Shown: positions 51,061 to 64,000 of the stretch, piece after piece
Layout of the letters: each line of letters starts with the position of its first letter
Numbering within the stretch: position 1 is the first letter of the stretch
Origin: Utricularia gibba
Lineage: Eukaryota; Plantae; Magnoliophyta
DNA: 64,000 nt
Assembly (NCBI GenBank): GCA_002189035.1
Contig: NEEC01000016.1
Location: 1,922,001-1,986,000, forward strand
Direction: 5' to 3'
The notes under the pieces: generated by a model
Database searches by the model: none
Told to the model about the DNA's origin: nothing
What the model saw: only the letters and a program-made list of their open reading frames with translations
Position numbers and translations under genes: made by a program

Positions 51061-53415
51061 GTGGTCTAAATGATGTGAAACGAATACTCCTAATAAAATG
51101 TTTTTATACTTACAACTTCAAATAAACTAAGTCTATGTAGGTCATTTCTCGTGTTTTTTATTAAGATAACCTCTAATGTCATCACCTATTCCACATTTAG
51201 TTCAAACCCATGTGAAAAATATGTAGAACTAGATCTACTCGACTTTATTGGTTCTACCTAAAACTAATATCTATTATCTCTTTTTTGATTTGTCGGTCTA
51301 CTTCTAAATCAAGCATATTAGTTACAAAGTTGTTCATCCCCCCCCCCCCCTTAGGTCTACTTAATGAATGATAGAAATAAAAGTTAAAACGCAATGATCA
51401 AATTATCTTATGAACTCTAGCCCTACATTATCATTTTACACCTTAAAGCATCCCTAAAATCTAGCTAATCATATTTGGTAAGCAAAGTAAGATTTCATAA
51501 TCACAATCCAATGGAAACATCATAACCATTGTAAGATAAAATGTCAAAGAAATAAAATATCCAACAAACAAAACAATAGCGCTGGACTTGTTTTTTGAGT
51601 TTGGTCTTCATGTTGAACCTTTCATTCCAAAAGAATTGTCTTCTTCACCTCTTTTGTTCGTGTTGTTGAAGCCTTTCAAAGAAGCTCTCAATGAAGCTCT
51701 CCTTCTTCGGTTTCTTTGTCCTTAAAAAATATCTTCCTCTCTTTTTTTCCAATGTTCTACTGTTCTTGACACCCCTACTGTTCTTGGTCTGAGCTAATAG
51801 ATTATTATGGTAAAAGTTGCACTCATTGTCCCCTTCTTTTATGCTGCATCTCTTGCTAAATGACTGTTGTACGAAATTTCTGTCTTGCTCTTGTTTGATT
51901 TTAAGACCTTGCTGCTATGCTCAAGAGAGTTAATAACATAGAATGGGTTAAATTTTGATTTAGCCCACATGCACTTAAAATCATATATATTCTTAAATTT
52001 AATAAAATAGCTAAAATCATGAAATAAATACTCAAAATATAATCAAAAAGTTGCAACTTTTATATCATAAAAATAGGAAAATTCATGTGTCATCATGCAT
52101 CAACCTTGGAAGTATAGTAGTTATGCAACCGAATTGAGGAAGATCGAATGCGACTACTTCTTTGCAATACATAATTGCTAGTATCAAAAGAATCATGTTG
52201 CTAAGAAAGGTCCACTGAATCACTTTGTATTGGATCCTCTTCACTAGTAAGATGCTTTCAATTATTAAACCTTACATGAGTGGGAGGATCAAGCAAATAA
52301 GAATTCTTAGAGTTCACATGCACTATGTCATCATCAAAAATACCATATGTGGCTAGAAACATATTGCATGTATTTAGAGCATAATTATGATCAACTTCAA
52401 AATCATCAGCAAGAAAAAGTAAAGGTGTCAAAACATTTAGGGAGTCTACATTAATAGGAGCACTCAAAAAATGTATGTGTTTTCTATGGTTGTTTGATGC
52501 ATAAAAAATGTTGGATTCCTTTCATTGCACATAAAACTCTACATGTTGCATTTAAAAACTCTTCACCTTTATTAGATTGAATGTGTTTAGTTGTACACTC
52601 AAAGTGGTTTTATCCCATTGATGGTTTTACAAATATTTATTCAACATATTTTTTTTCTTGATAAAAAAAGTTCATGTTGCTCTTCAGTAATCTTCTTCTA
52701 TGATAAGAAAATATCCCATTGATGGTTTTACATTAATAAGGCCCTCAAAGGTCAAAATGTAGCAAATTAAAAGTATGAGGTGCTCTTGATGCACTTAACT
52801 GAAAAGTTTATGGAATTTAGAAAACTGGTAGATATAAGGAGTAGCATTCAATCTGCAAGCAATGTGCATGTATTTAGATTTGGACTCTAATATGTGTCAA
52901 AGTCTACATTGCCATAATAAATTGTTATTAGTGTCATTTATACTACCAGTGACGAAATCCATCTTAGGTAACAATGTTTTTCAATGTCTCTGTCCCTTGC
53001 TGTAAACCAAAGAATTCATTCAGTAGAATAAGTAAAAGAAGAGCTCTTATCAAGCATGTAGAGCCCATTCTTTAGTCTCCCATCTACTGCAGTTTTATTT
53101 GTATTTTGAGCCTACAATAGATAGTATTGATTGAAAAATATGGCAATTATCCTAGCATCATCTATCAACCTCTCTACAAATATGAGATTATATTTGAATT
53201 GAGGCACCAATAATGCATTTACCAAGTGCAATTTTTCTGCTAAGATTATAATTCCATAGTGCATGACCCGAATATAATGTCCATTAGGCAATTTTACTCA
53301 TGTATTAGTGGTTGACTTTAATGAAGTAAAGTAAGTGCTTGAATGACCAATGTGCATCATAGCCCTTGAATCTAGTATCCATTCCCATAAATTACACACT
53401 AAATCTTTTATTATA

Positions 53416-54730
53416 TGTTAAATGTCATTTTCTAGTTATTATTATGTATTATTAGGTATTAATCTAGTATTAAGTTGCCCAAATCAGAAGTGATATTGTA
53501 AGTAATTGATTTTCTTATAAAAATCTTATTTTTCTATTTTGTAAATATTTTCTTTGTCTTTTCCATACACTTTGATCGATATGTGGCAGGAGGCAGTCAT
53601 GGAGTATTAAAGGATGCTTGCAAGAGATCAAACTCCGAATTTTCGTGCCTTGCAAGTGACTTGGAACAATTATGGATGGAAGACTGACACTAGTCAGGAC
53701 CCCTGACTTACGGTACGTCAGAGTCTGCAGCAATGATTGGGCGCTTACTTGCACGCATGGGAAAGCTGGTGGCATATGCAAGACATAAATAATGATGGGA
53801 AGGGGGGCCAGAAGGAGTTAATGCATGTGGAAAGTGAGATAAAACCAACTTGGAACACTTATTTTCGGACTTTTGAACCTTTTGACACTTTGTATTTGTA
53901 CTTAGAACTTTTGGTTCTTCCTCTCCTCCAAGAGAGGAGGAACACTTTAGCTTTCATTTTGTTTCTATTTTCATGGCCCTTTGTGGCTAAATTCTTTTAG
54001 TTTTTGGGAGTAAACGAAGTTTCCTTCCAAGTCTTGAACACTAAGCTCGATTCTTCATTGAATTCATTCCAGATTTTGCATGCTTCCACGCATCTTGTTA
54101 CAATCGTTATGTAACGACTCCTAGTCATGGTCCATGAGTAATAGGCCACTCCTCACAGATCTTGATGAAGAGTAAGGTGAAGAGCACCATCTCCAACCCT
54201 ACCGGTTTGAGGGAAGTAGCAAATTGTTCGTGGCCGAGGTAACGCGACAGTGGACGAGTATTGACCTCACACTCACCACTGATCATTGGCAACAGTTGGG
54301 CACACGCGCACAATCCGGTTTTGAAGGCAATCAATGGCAATCCTTTTTTCTTCCTAATCGTTCAAGGGAGAATCACATGAGGCTATTCTCGTGCCTCTTT
54401 GTCAACTAGAATGTAAGGGAGAATGAACTATTTCTTGCTCCTATAACCATCTATTCAGAAGGAATTAGTGAAAGCCGAGACGAGAATAGACAAAAGGAGG
54501 AAATGGAGTCCATTTCCCAAGAACTGTAACCCTTAATCAAGGTCCATTACTTAGGTCATACCTTTTAATCTTGTACTTCAAAAACCCCCTTTTACAATTT
54601 CGTAACAATTTGTGAAAGATTTCTACAAAACACTTTTAGCAAAACTCAACTCCTTGAGATCGATACTTGTACTATGCTCTTTTTTTATGTTTTTATAAAT
54701 TAAAATTTGTTGGGGAAACAACACGCAACA
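53416..54730 (+). mobile_element. Solo LTR (1315 bp) inserted between Copia A gag and protease
   Basis: TGTTAAATGTCATTTT...ACACGCAACA with TSD TTATA (53411-15) / GTATA (54731-35). Termini related to 29009-30362. Confidence 0.8.
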
Positions 54731-55078
54731 GTATACTACTTGTTAAATAGAATTCAAGTGATGTACTTGCAAATTTCAGTTTTGACATATTCACCATCTG
54801 ATTTTCTGGTATAGATGTTTGTTGATGATTGCTCCGAGAAAGAAGTTTGCCTAGTTCATGTTGAATAAGATGCAATGAATCAAGATATTCACCATTATTA
54901 TCACTAAATAATGTTTGTATTCGAGTGCTCATTTAGGGGACTATCAACACAATGAGCTACAAGTCTATAATTCTCATGAGTTTTTTGCTGTCTGGAAGAG
55001 ACAATGAGTGTGTTCCAAGACTCCTATGGGTTGTCAAAACTCCATAAAATGTGATAATGCATCAAATTTGATCTCATT

Positions 55079-56173
55079 TGTGGTATTTTCAATGTTAGAT
55101 AAGGAATTAATCAAGTTAGAATAGCGAAAAAGCCAATATTCATGTTACTAAAATTATTTTCATTAAAGATATGTTTTGGGCCATTTTCTACATTAATCTA
55201 AGGGTTCGGGTGATTTTATTGTTCATCCAAGCCCAAAAACAGCCGGCTCACTTGGAGTAGGACATGTGACCAATCTACACTATCATTATTCATTCAGAGG
55301 CAAAATGGGAGATGCACATCTTCTGTTAAGTGAGAGACAAGGAAGATCACCAAAAATAAAAAGAGCAAGCAAAAACGGAAATGATAAGCACGAACCATCC
55401 CACAACATGCAAGAGGGAAGGTTGGAGTGAGTGGAGAGAGAAGAGAGAATTCCGACCAATAGAGTCATTTTCCGACGAGTTTCTAAGAGACTTTTTTTGC
55501 AAACAAGATGAAGTAGGAACAGTTCGAGCATGACACTAGAACCTAACTCCAACACCCAAAACCCAAAAAGATTGAGAGTGACCATAGTGAAGCTCAGAGT
55601 CAGCAGTTTTGGAGGAAGTCGATGCACAAGTGAGAACATAACTCTAGAGTATTCAACAATCTTTTTACTTTCCTGCACAAACTTGATTTCTACACTTTTC
55701 TTTGTGAACTTGCTAGTTGTTTACATTTCTTATTTGAATGCTTAACTTGATTGCATGTCTTCATTAGCTCAACATGCTTACTTCATCATTTACATTTCTA
55801 TTTTCATGAGCAAGTCTAGAACATGAAACCCAAAGGTGCTTTTAATCAATTCACGTGTAGTTTAATCTCAAATTAAATTTAATCTTTACTATTAACTTTC
55901 GGAAAATGCCAATTTGCACATTCTATTATCTGCATTTTAGTTTAGAAGCATGCTGGAGAATTTTCTTAATTTCATTAGAGTAGAAACCCACTTACAGATA
56001 AAATCTCCCTGTTTAAACCCACTTGCAAATAAAATTAACAACTAAAAACTATTTGTTCTTTGTGGATCGACCTGCACTTACTATTATTACATTACTTTCT
56101 TTGCAAATAAGATGTGGTGTGTTATCCAAAATTATAGATATCCTTTGATGAGGAAAACTTTTAGACCATAACA
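55079..56173. mobile_element. Probable further solo LTR in Copia A
   Basis: About 1.1 kb of non-coding, LTR-like composition. Candidate TG...CA ends with TCATT / TCTTT flanks (4/5). Boundaries uncertain. Confidence 0.4.
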
Positions 56174-56303
56174 TCTTTAAAATTTTCCGTTTGTCAAGAT
56201 GGTTGTTGACCATGATTTTTTGATGAGACGAGTTTGATTTTTCATTCTTCTTCCTCCACTACGGTGGTCTTTCTTTGATGGTAAAGCAATTATTTTGTAT
56301 ACA

Positions 56304-57546
56304 TGATGACACACATATTCTTAGCATTTTATAATACAAAATCATCATATTTTGCTATGATTTAGGTTGTGTTTGTGCAGTTTTTATATTTTAAATATCT
56401 TTTAAATTAATTTCATAATCATGTATGACAGTAGATCCTTTGATTTAATCCACCTTGTGTTACTTATATTTAATTGAGTCCAACAAGACAATTAATAGTA
56501 AATCATACAGAAAAATATGTGGATCAAATCAAGGGGGTGCAATGCCGAAGGGGGAAAAAAACTATCATCCCATCCATAGTCTGTAATTTAAGGCCAACAA
56601 CAATACGAAAGTAAGGAATATTACTTGCATTGGAAAAAAGAGAAGAGGAGAGAAGAAGATATTTTGGAAAAAAAGGTGACAATGAAAATAGAGTTAAAAT
56701 GATAATATGAAGAACATCAAAGAACAACAGAAGGAAGAACAAGAAGAACATGATAGTCGGAAAGGAGATGATTTTCAGGCCAACAACAATTTTGACAATG
56801 AACAGTAGCAGCGGGAAAACAGAACTTATTTCACTTTATCTTTAGTATGCATAATGTTTTGTTTTTCATGGTTGTTTTTCTTATAATGTCTCTGATATTT
56901 TCTTTTGTTTTTTTTTTCAAATCATGTTTTGTCTATTGAATATGATTGGCTATGTTTTAGAGATATCTTAATTTGTGTAAGAGTAACGTGGTTAAGGGTT
57001 TGCTAAATAATCTACAACTGCATATATTAATAGTTCGTTTCTAACATTCTTAAAGGTGAAAGTGAATAGCATTGTAGTTCTGACACTTGATTCCAAGGTA
57101 GGCCTAGTATAATCGTGTAGATCTAGTTATATATATTTTACTTATGGATAAACTTAAGTGTGAAATGGGTAAAGATATTAGAGACTGTTTAAGCCTAAAA
57201 TATAAGAAATAACCTAGGTATTAGGTTATTTTGAGTGTGGATATAGAAAAGTTATAGATTAGATTAAGGACTTGAATGTCATATCACCTGAACAACTTAA
57301 GACATCTTTATGTTATTTTGTGCACAAAACCAATAATTGCACGTAATCTGATTTCAGTTATTGATCTTGCATACTGTTGTTACTTTTACCTTGGACTAAG
57401 CATAAAATTTATTATGAATTCAACACAAAAATACATTATAAGCATAAGTTCCTTTTGTTAAACTTGTATTTTGTAAAGATTAGGAATTAAATTTATTTGA
57501 TACGAAAACTTATTTTTTGCATTGATCATGAAATTTTTGTTTATCA
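56304..57546 (+). mobile_element. Athila-lineage solo LTR (1243 bp), opposite orientation to the 44691 element
   Basis: TGATGACAC...TTTGTTTATCA. The last ~80 nt match the reverse complement of the LTR end at 44691/50469. Flanks ATACA / ATATG (decayed TSD). Confidence 0.78.
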
Positions 57547-58749
57547 ATATGTCCCACCTACTTGCATATCATATGGTGCCTATTGTCCTATTTCCATTCT
57601 AATGAACATAGTAGAATAAGTGTGGATATTAATGGCTTTTGTCAAAGCATCATTCATCTAGAATAGGTGTATATGCTCTAGAGACAATCCTAGTCTCATC
57701 CATAGCCAAAATCTAGTTACATGTGACATCATATTTACTATCCAATCCAATAAGAAACTTAGTAAGTTTTGAGGTAGAGAAGAACTTTTTAGAACACATG
57801 AGAGTATTACATTGACCACATTTGATTTCAGGAAACAAAGCATCCATATCTTTCCACAAGGCATTCAGCTTTGTATAATGCTGTGCTATGCTCATTTCTC
57901 CTTGATTCAGATTGTATGGATCATGTTGCACTTGATATAACATGTTATTATTCATTTGTCTATGATGAGCTTCTTAGGTTTTACATTGATCATGAGAACT
58001 TGTTCAACTTGTGAAACTAGAAACTAGATCCTTGGAAATAAAATTTAATAACCATGACATAACCATAATATTAATGTGAATCCAAAGATTATAAGAAGGA
58101 TCATTCTTTGTAGGATTTGAAACATCTCAATATATCATTCCTAGCTTTTTTTCCCTCCCAAAGCCAATGGCACACCTTGGCAACAATCAAAGTAGTTTTG
58201 TGTAGTTAAAAGCCAATGTCATTCATTTTCTGATGAGTGTTTTCTGCTAGAGTCACCATTAGGGTTAACTAATTGATCAAGAACCTCAATGCACTCTTCA
58301 ATTTCATTCATCTAATATACGCTTTGGGTTGTTAATGACTTTCATCCAAAACTCACACTTATCTTAATCGCTTGCATTCCTTGAACATATTTTGGCCCCA
58401 TCTCATCAAAAATCATGCCATCAACGAAGTTGATCGCCATCAAAATCTCACCATTGTATCTATCTGCACCACTCATTGTAGAACATCGAGCAAATGAATT
58501 GGAATTGGAAAAGTAGATCAAAGGACTTGAGGTTCTAGAAGAGAAGAAGAGGAAGAAGAATGAAGAATCTCTAATTCATCGATAGCAGATTGATTGCAAG
58601 GTTCCAAAGAGAAGAAAAATCAAATGTTTCAGTGGGAAAACTTGTGCCCCACATGCATTCCTATCGGAAAAATTCATTTCCTAATATAAATGATATTTTA
58701 AGATGAAGAAAAAAGATCATTTCTACAACAAATAAAACAAAGAGATGAG

Positions 58750-61700
58750 GGATGAAAAGCTGTATTGAATGATTACAAAAAATGATATTAACCCACAATA
58801 AAATTACTCTCCTTTGAGTGCATTGTGATTAAGGAATGATCAACTTGTAATTGTTTGAACCCATACTACACCAAAACACTTGAAATATGTTTATTCCATT
58901 GTCTTGATACCTATTTGAGTCCATATATTGTTTTCTTATGAATAATGGCTAGTTTTTTAGATTTTGTCCATACGCTATCAATTTGATATCTGAGTGATTT
59001 AAAAAGGCATTATGTATATCTATTTCTCTAAGAGTTCACAAGTGTGCTGAGGTCAAAGTGAAAAATAATCTAACTGTGGTATGTTTACTTCGTGACTAAA
59101 TGTTTGTAACCATATACCTGATTATATCCTTTTGCAACTAACCTTGCCTTATGCCTCTCTATTGTCCCATTAGCGTTCATTTTAATCTTGAACACTCATT
59201 TGTATCCAACCAGCTTTGTTTGTTGGACCAAGTAATCTCCCAAGTTTGGTTCACTTATAAAAAAGATAATTCTGATTGCATTATTGTAATCCATTATGGA
59301 GATTGTGTGGCCTCTTGATATGTTGCTGGCTCACATGTCCTCGACAAATGCTTGGTAAGTCATGATTCTCCTTGCCAAGTCTTTCAATACTAATATCAAC
59401 AATGAGTGTATGTTGAGCTTTCTCCATCTAGAGATCTCTCATATTATGCTCATATATATGAAGATAACCTCGTAGTCGATGAACCCTCTTATGCCTTTCT
59501 GGTTTTGTGGAGAAAGTGAGCATGTATCCCCTTTTTGTTCTAGAAACATCTATGTTTCTTGGTATTTCTTGTGTAGTTGGCCTTAATAAAGCTGGGGGTT
59601 CATTGAGTTGGTTGTTGAAGTGTGCTCTTCACTCATTGGGGTGGTTGATGATAGCATGTGACATGGCTCTATCTGTGTAATGGTTCTAATGTTATCTTGA
59701 TTATTTTTTCTAAAATACTTCCTCAATATATAATGAAGAATTATTCCATTTTGAAAAGTTTAGAGCAAATAGAAAGTTTCCTTCATGAAATTTCACATGC
59801 CTAGATGTGAAAACTTAGTTTGTAGATCAAACAGCTGATACCCTTGAATACCTTGTGGGTATCTGATACGAACAAAGATTCTACTGCTTTTATCTAGCTT
59901 AGAGCAATTCCTCTTGAGAGTTATCACAAGGAAAAGGCATCCAAAGACCCTCAACCATTCATAATTTGGAGGCTTACTCATAAGCTTCTCATAGGATGTG
60001 GAAAAACCAAATCGTTTCATGAAAGTCCCTTATAAAATGAGATGTTGTTAACATACCATACTTTCAAAAATCTCTAGGCACATAGGCTTGAAACAACAAT
60101 GCTTGAGCTACATTCATTAAGTGTTGATTCCTCTGTTCAACTATTCAATTTTGTTTTAGGATTTTCACACATAATAGCTGATGTTCAATACCTTTATCAT
60201 TAAAATTGAAGGAGTAGAATTTCTTTTCTTGATCTAGCTTGATGGTTTTGATATCTACAAAACCATCAGGTCAGCAAACTTATTTCAACAAATTTAACAA
60301 ATGAATTTCATATATTATACACCTTATCTTTTATTCTTATAAGATATACCCAAGTAGCCCTATTGTCATTATCTACTATGGAAAAAAAAAATTATAGCTA
60401 TACAAAGTAGAGGTTTTGTAAGGATTCCTACTATCTATATGTAACATATCAAATATAGGCACACAATTAATATGTGTAGGAAATAAAACTTTTTGCATTT
60501 TCAAACGAGGGCATGTTAGACATATTTTATTTGGCATTCTTTTAATAAAAGAAAATGCATTGGTTAAGCAGTTAAAACAAGCAAAGGATGCATATGTCAA
60601 AATACTCACAAGTTGCAATAGAAGTAGTAAAAAATTCATCAACATGTAAACGATCAACGCTAACATCCTCATGCGTACGATTCAAAATATGTGCTTGATC
60701 TAGGAAATAAGTATGCCTTGTCTATCCTTTCAAATCATCATCCAAATAGACAAGTCCTATAGAATACAAATGTTAGACCCAAAGGAAAGTATATTAAAAT
60801 AATTTATAACTTTACACAAATGTTATCTCTTATTATCAATTTATGTACTAATAATAAGTTAAATTAAATCAGTCTGTAAAGTACATTAATTACACATATC
60901 TTAGGATTGATTCTTACTATTCTTTTCTTGTGAACACGAATCACTTTTCTATCAAGAAATTTAATATTGCAATTAATATCCTCAATGTGTTGAAAGAGAC
61001 TTAAGTTAGAACACATACGTTTACTTGCTCTAGAATCGCTTATCCAAATACTTTAGAGTGCAGGAACATGATCCATGTGTGCTACCAAAAATGATTTACC
61101 CAAGAAAGCTCTAATTGCTTGATATGTAAAAGGATTTGATTGTTCCTTATCCTTTTATCTACTTTTATATGGATGGAGGTGGCCAATGATGGACACTACC
61201 CCTTGTTTGATAACTTCAAGTAGAGTTTTGAACTTTTTTGGAGTTAGAAATTCATTCAGTCCTTGTGGTTTAGTAATGTTGTGGGAAGAGCTCTCAACCT
61301 ATTCAATATCTACAACATTGTTATTCACATTAATTGAACAAGATGAAATCCTCTTACCCCTTTGGGATCTAACTTTTCTTCTCCAAACTCCTTTGTGTCT
61401 TTTTTTGGTGGTAGATGGCATGTTTCGATGAAATAATTTGCGAGCCCACAATTTGTGCAACTAGTAGGATTAAGCTTTGGCCTACGACATTCTAGAGTGA
61501 TGTGGTTGTTATATCCACAATTTTCGCATCATGGCCAATTTTTGCATAGTTATTCTGGTATCTATAGCAAGAAAGGAAGTTGCAGCAAGAGCTAATGCCT
61601 CAGATGACAATGGAAGCAGCAAAAAAGGAAGTTTCGATGAAATAATTTGTGAGTCCACAATTTGTGCAACTAGTAGGATTAACCTTTTGCCTATGACATT

Positions 61701-62340
61701 CTTGAGTGATGTGGTTGTTATCCACCATTTTCACATCATGGCCATTTTTGCTCAATTATTCTAGTATTTGTAGCAAGAAAGGAAGTTGCAACAAGAGCTA
61801 ATGCTGCAGGCGATAGTGGAAGCAGAGGTTTGTTTTCAAGCTAAGTTTCTTTTATGAGTAGGTGCTCCTTATCGTGTTGCATTGAGTGCTCAAAGAGTTT
61901 ATAAATTTGTATGACTTATCTTTTTTTGCTTGAGCCATCACTTTCCTCATACATTTCTTGCAATGCACTAGTGGTCAACAACTATCAAGCTCAACAATAA
62001 GCTAGTTAATTTCCCAAAATATTTATTAATGAAAAGCGTCCCTTGGTGACAAAGACCTAATTCATTGTATATTTCACATACATGTACATCATCAAGTTAT
62101 GCACAACATTGTTCAAGGGCTTTCTAGATAAGTTCTGCACTGGTCTCATAGAAGAATGTTGGAAGGATAGCTTTATCAATCGAATGGTAAAACCATGACA
62201 AAATGAGGTCATTGCAATGCCTCTAGTTATCATAGTTGGGGATTTTTTTCTCTAGTTATGTGATTTGCCTAATAATAAACCCAAGCTTGTTGCAAGTTGA
62301 GAGCTATAGAGTAAATGACCTTGCTCAAATGAGATAGTTG
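58750..62340 (-). mobile_element. Degenerate Ty1/Copia element B (gag to N-half of RT), truncated
   Basis: Read on minus: NKLGFI and CNDLILSWFYHSID (about 62290-62150), Zn knuckles (61420-61750), LRVFGCL...GYQLFDL (59793-60020), VFKIK..NGTIERHKARLVAKGYNQ (about 59150), KTIYGLK*VSRQWN (about 58900). Confidence 0.85.
61422..61828. repeat. Tandem duplication (period 209 bp) of the Copia B nucleocapsid region
   Basis: Units starting GTTTCGATGAAATAATTTG at 61422 and 61631 are colinear over about 195 nt. Confidence 0.9.
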
Positions 62341-62368
62341 TCCGTAGAGTAAATGACCTTGCTCAAAT
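62307..62368. repeat. 24-nt exact direct repeat, period 38 nt
   Basis: TAGAGTAAATGACCTTGCTCAAAT at 62307-62330 and 62345-62368. Confidence 0.9.
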
Positions 62369-62647
62369 TTTTTTCAATATTTCCAACCTTAGTTATTTTA
62401 CACATATTTTTTTAAAAATGTAGATTTTAATAATTTTCTAATATCCTTTCCTCTCATCTTATCAAATCTGTCACAAAGTTACCGTACAGCAGGCACTTGT
62501 CATTTACAGAAGTAAAAAACATGTATTTTGCAAACATTATCACAACATTGGGTATTTTGACAATAACTTTTTTTAAAATATGTATTTTACTCATTTTCTC
62601 CTTGCTTTTCCATTGAATCAAACAACCAAAAGAGAACCCATAAAGTT

Positions 62648-63880
62648 ATTGTTGAAATTCGATGATGATATAGCATGTAGAGAGGCTAAGGGGACGAACA
62701 TGGAGAGGCTACGAGGAACCCCTCTACTTGGCTATCCACGTGCAAGGAATCGATCGGATCTGAACATAGTGTGCAACTCTTGACAAAGTTGTATCAAGAT
62801 CTTGGGCGAACCTCGAGAGTGCTCGTGGGAGAGACCCGCTTGAGCTAAAGGACTCTGTATGATCGAGCAAGCATGCGTACCCAAGGGATGGTGAGTGAAG
62901 TGCTGGATGCTAAACGGAGGGTGGTCGCGAGCCCAAGGGTTCGATGAGACATGTGTGGTAAGGATTGGCCCAATGGGGTGTTGGAGAAGGGCCCAAGGGC
63001 CTACAAAGGGTAAGAGGGCCGACTTTTCATATTCTTGGCCCATAAAGTGAAAGTTCGGAAGAGGAAAGAGCTCAAAAGTCCAACAATCAAGGGTGGTGTA
63101 TAAGGGCTTGGCATGGTGGCCGGTTGGGGATTGGAAAATCAGAGAAGTAACACCAACATGCCAAGATACAGAAGGAGAAGGTCACGTTTTGGCAGAAGGG
63201 TAAGGAGCCACATGAAGGTAAGGGGAAGCATGAGCAGGAACGTATGAATAAGGGCCGAAGGGCCTTAAGATGATGATGAGCTCAAAGGGGCGGGGTCGGA
63301 CCCTTGGCAGAGGTATCTCCGACGGCAACCCAACGTGAGTTTGGGGGTAGATCTCGCCATGAGCTCAAAGGGAGCGAGGTTGGGACGAATCACTGTCGCT
63401 GGGATCCCTCCCGATAGTAACGTGATGTTCCATCATGGGATGCACGCTCCCTTGTGACTAACAGGTCCTTATGATATATGTGTTTATGCTCATACGATTA
63501 TATGTGCTGATGTTGTGCTTATAATGATATGTGCCATGCTTATGATGATATGATTATAGTTGGTAGTGTGGTCTACCCTACGCATATGTTGATGCCCTTA
63601 TGAACCTATGTGTAGATGAAGGTTCTGGTCGTGTAGAGACTGGCGGAGAGGCAGAAGTGCTGGCGGAGTGAACTCGGAGCATCAAGGGGATTGGGGAATG
63701 CTGCTACTATGCTTGCCTTTTTCTTTTTGTTTTGATGTTATTTTGTGGATTATGTTGAACAATTTTTCCCATATTTATGAATAAGATATCCCCTGGTAAT
63801 CTCATGTCTATGCGGGTTAAATAAATCAAACCAAAGGTACGCAGGAGACAGGCTACGTTTCTGGGTGGGGTAAGTATGAT
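62648..63880 (+). mobile_element. Second LTR copy of the Tekay-like family, lacking the first ~25 bp and the MITE
   Basis: Colinear with about 11690-13390 (TTCGATGATGATATAG..AGAGAGGCTAAGGG; GGTAGTGTGGTCTACCCTACGCATATG). Similarity is lost after about 63880. Confidence 0.88.
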
Positions 63881-64000
63881 GATGCTAACAAGTCATGTGA
63901 TAGGCATTTGGGGATGGTGCAAATAATGAGAACCGAACACCATCAATGGGCAAGGAAGAGCAGAATTCAATTGCAGGAACGTGGAGACCCCACCTAGTGG

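Larger units (their letters stand above)
44385..52095 (-). mobile_element. Older Athila-lineage solo LTR (44385-44690 plus 51066-52095) inserted in Copia A, itself split by a younger element
   Basis: Plus-strand termini TGATAAAC...GTGTCATCA. TSD TACAT (44380-84) / TGCAT (52096-100). The left part resembles the start of the LTR at 44691. Confidence 0.8.
42450..58500 (-). mobile_element. Degenerate Ty1/Copia element A (Ale/Retrofit-like), split into five pieces by later insertions
   Basis: Read on minus: gag (57550-58450; QGEMSIAQHYTKLNALW, KFLIGLD), PR EWILDSRA (about 53380), LWQCRL*HI (about 52900), AMQQEFKALEQNQT (about 44300), LLKKSLYG, LLVYVDDII, RH NPIFHEWTKHINIDYH, then PPT GAGGAGAGGG followed by the LTR start TGAAGA at 42825. 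Outer ends approximate. Confidence 0.85.

Noticed and set aside
56434-56537. 18-bp imperfect inverted repeat suggesting a tiny MITE
   Set aside because: Lies inside the 56304-57546 solo LTR and has no TSD.
63896-64000. Possible new insertion starting TGTGATAGG where LTR similarity ends
   Set aside because: Runs off the window; no second terminus or TSD can be checked.

Overview
Flowering-plant nuclear DNA (spliceosomal GT-AG introns, plant-specific gene families). Small gene islands alternate with decayed, heavily nested transposon blocks. Seven genes are supported. A CSE1/exportin-2 (minus, runs off the window start) lies head-to-head with a DRP1-type dynamin (plus). Five minus-strand genes follow: a TIGR01589-domain protein, WTF1 (PORR domain), a TBL25/26-like O-acetyltransferase, a JAR1-like GH3 enzyme and an AGP16/20/22-type AG peptide. 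The remainder is transposon debris: a dead LINE, a Tekay chromovirus 3' end whose LTR carries a hAT MITE, three decayed Copia elements, a dead hAT (DUF4371) transposase, several TSD-flanked solo LTRs, and a two-LTR gag-protease-only Athila derivative sitting inside an older LTR of its own lineage. I found no convincing new multi-gene system. The best leads are structural: a MITE built around a tandem array of hairpin units with its empty site present in the same window, a TSD-resolved insertion stack, two stop-free in-frame introns, and an ORF-less promoter-like island with G-quadruplex motifs on both strands. All assignments come from reading and manual translation with no database searches. 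TE boundaries without a TSD are approximate.
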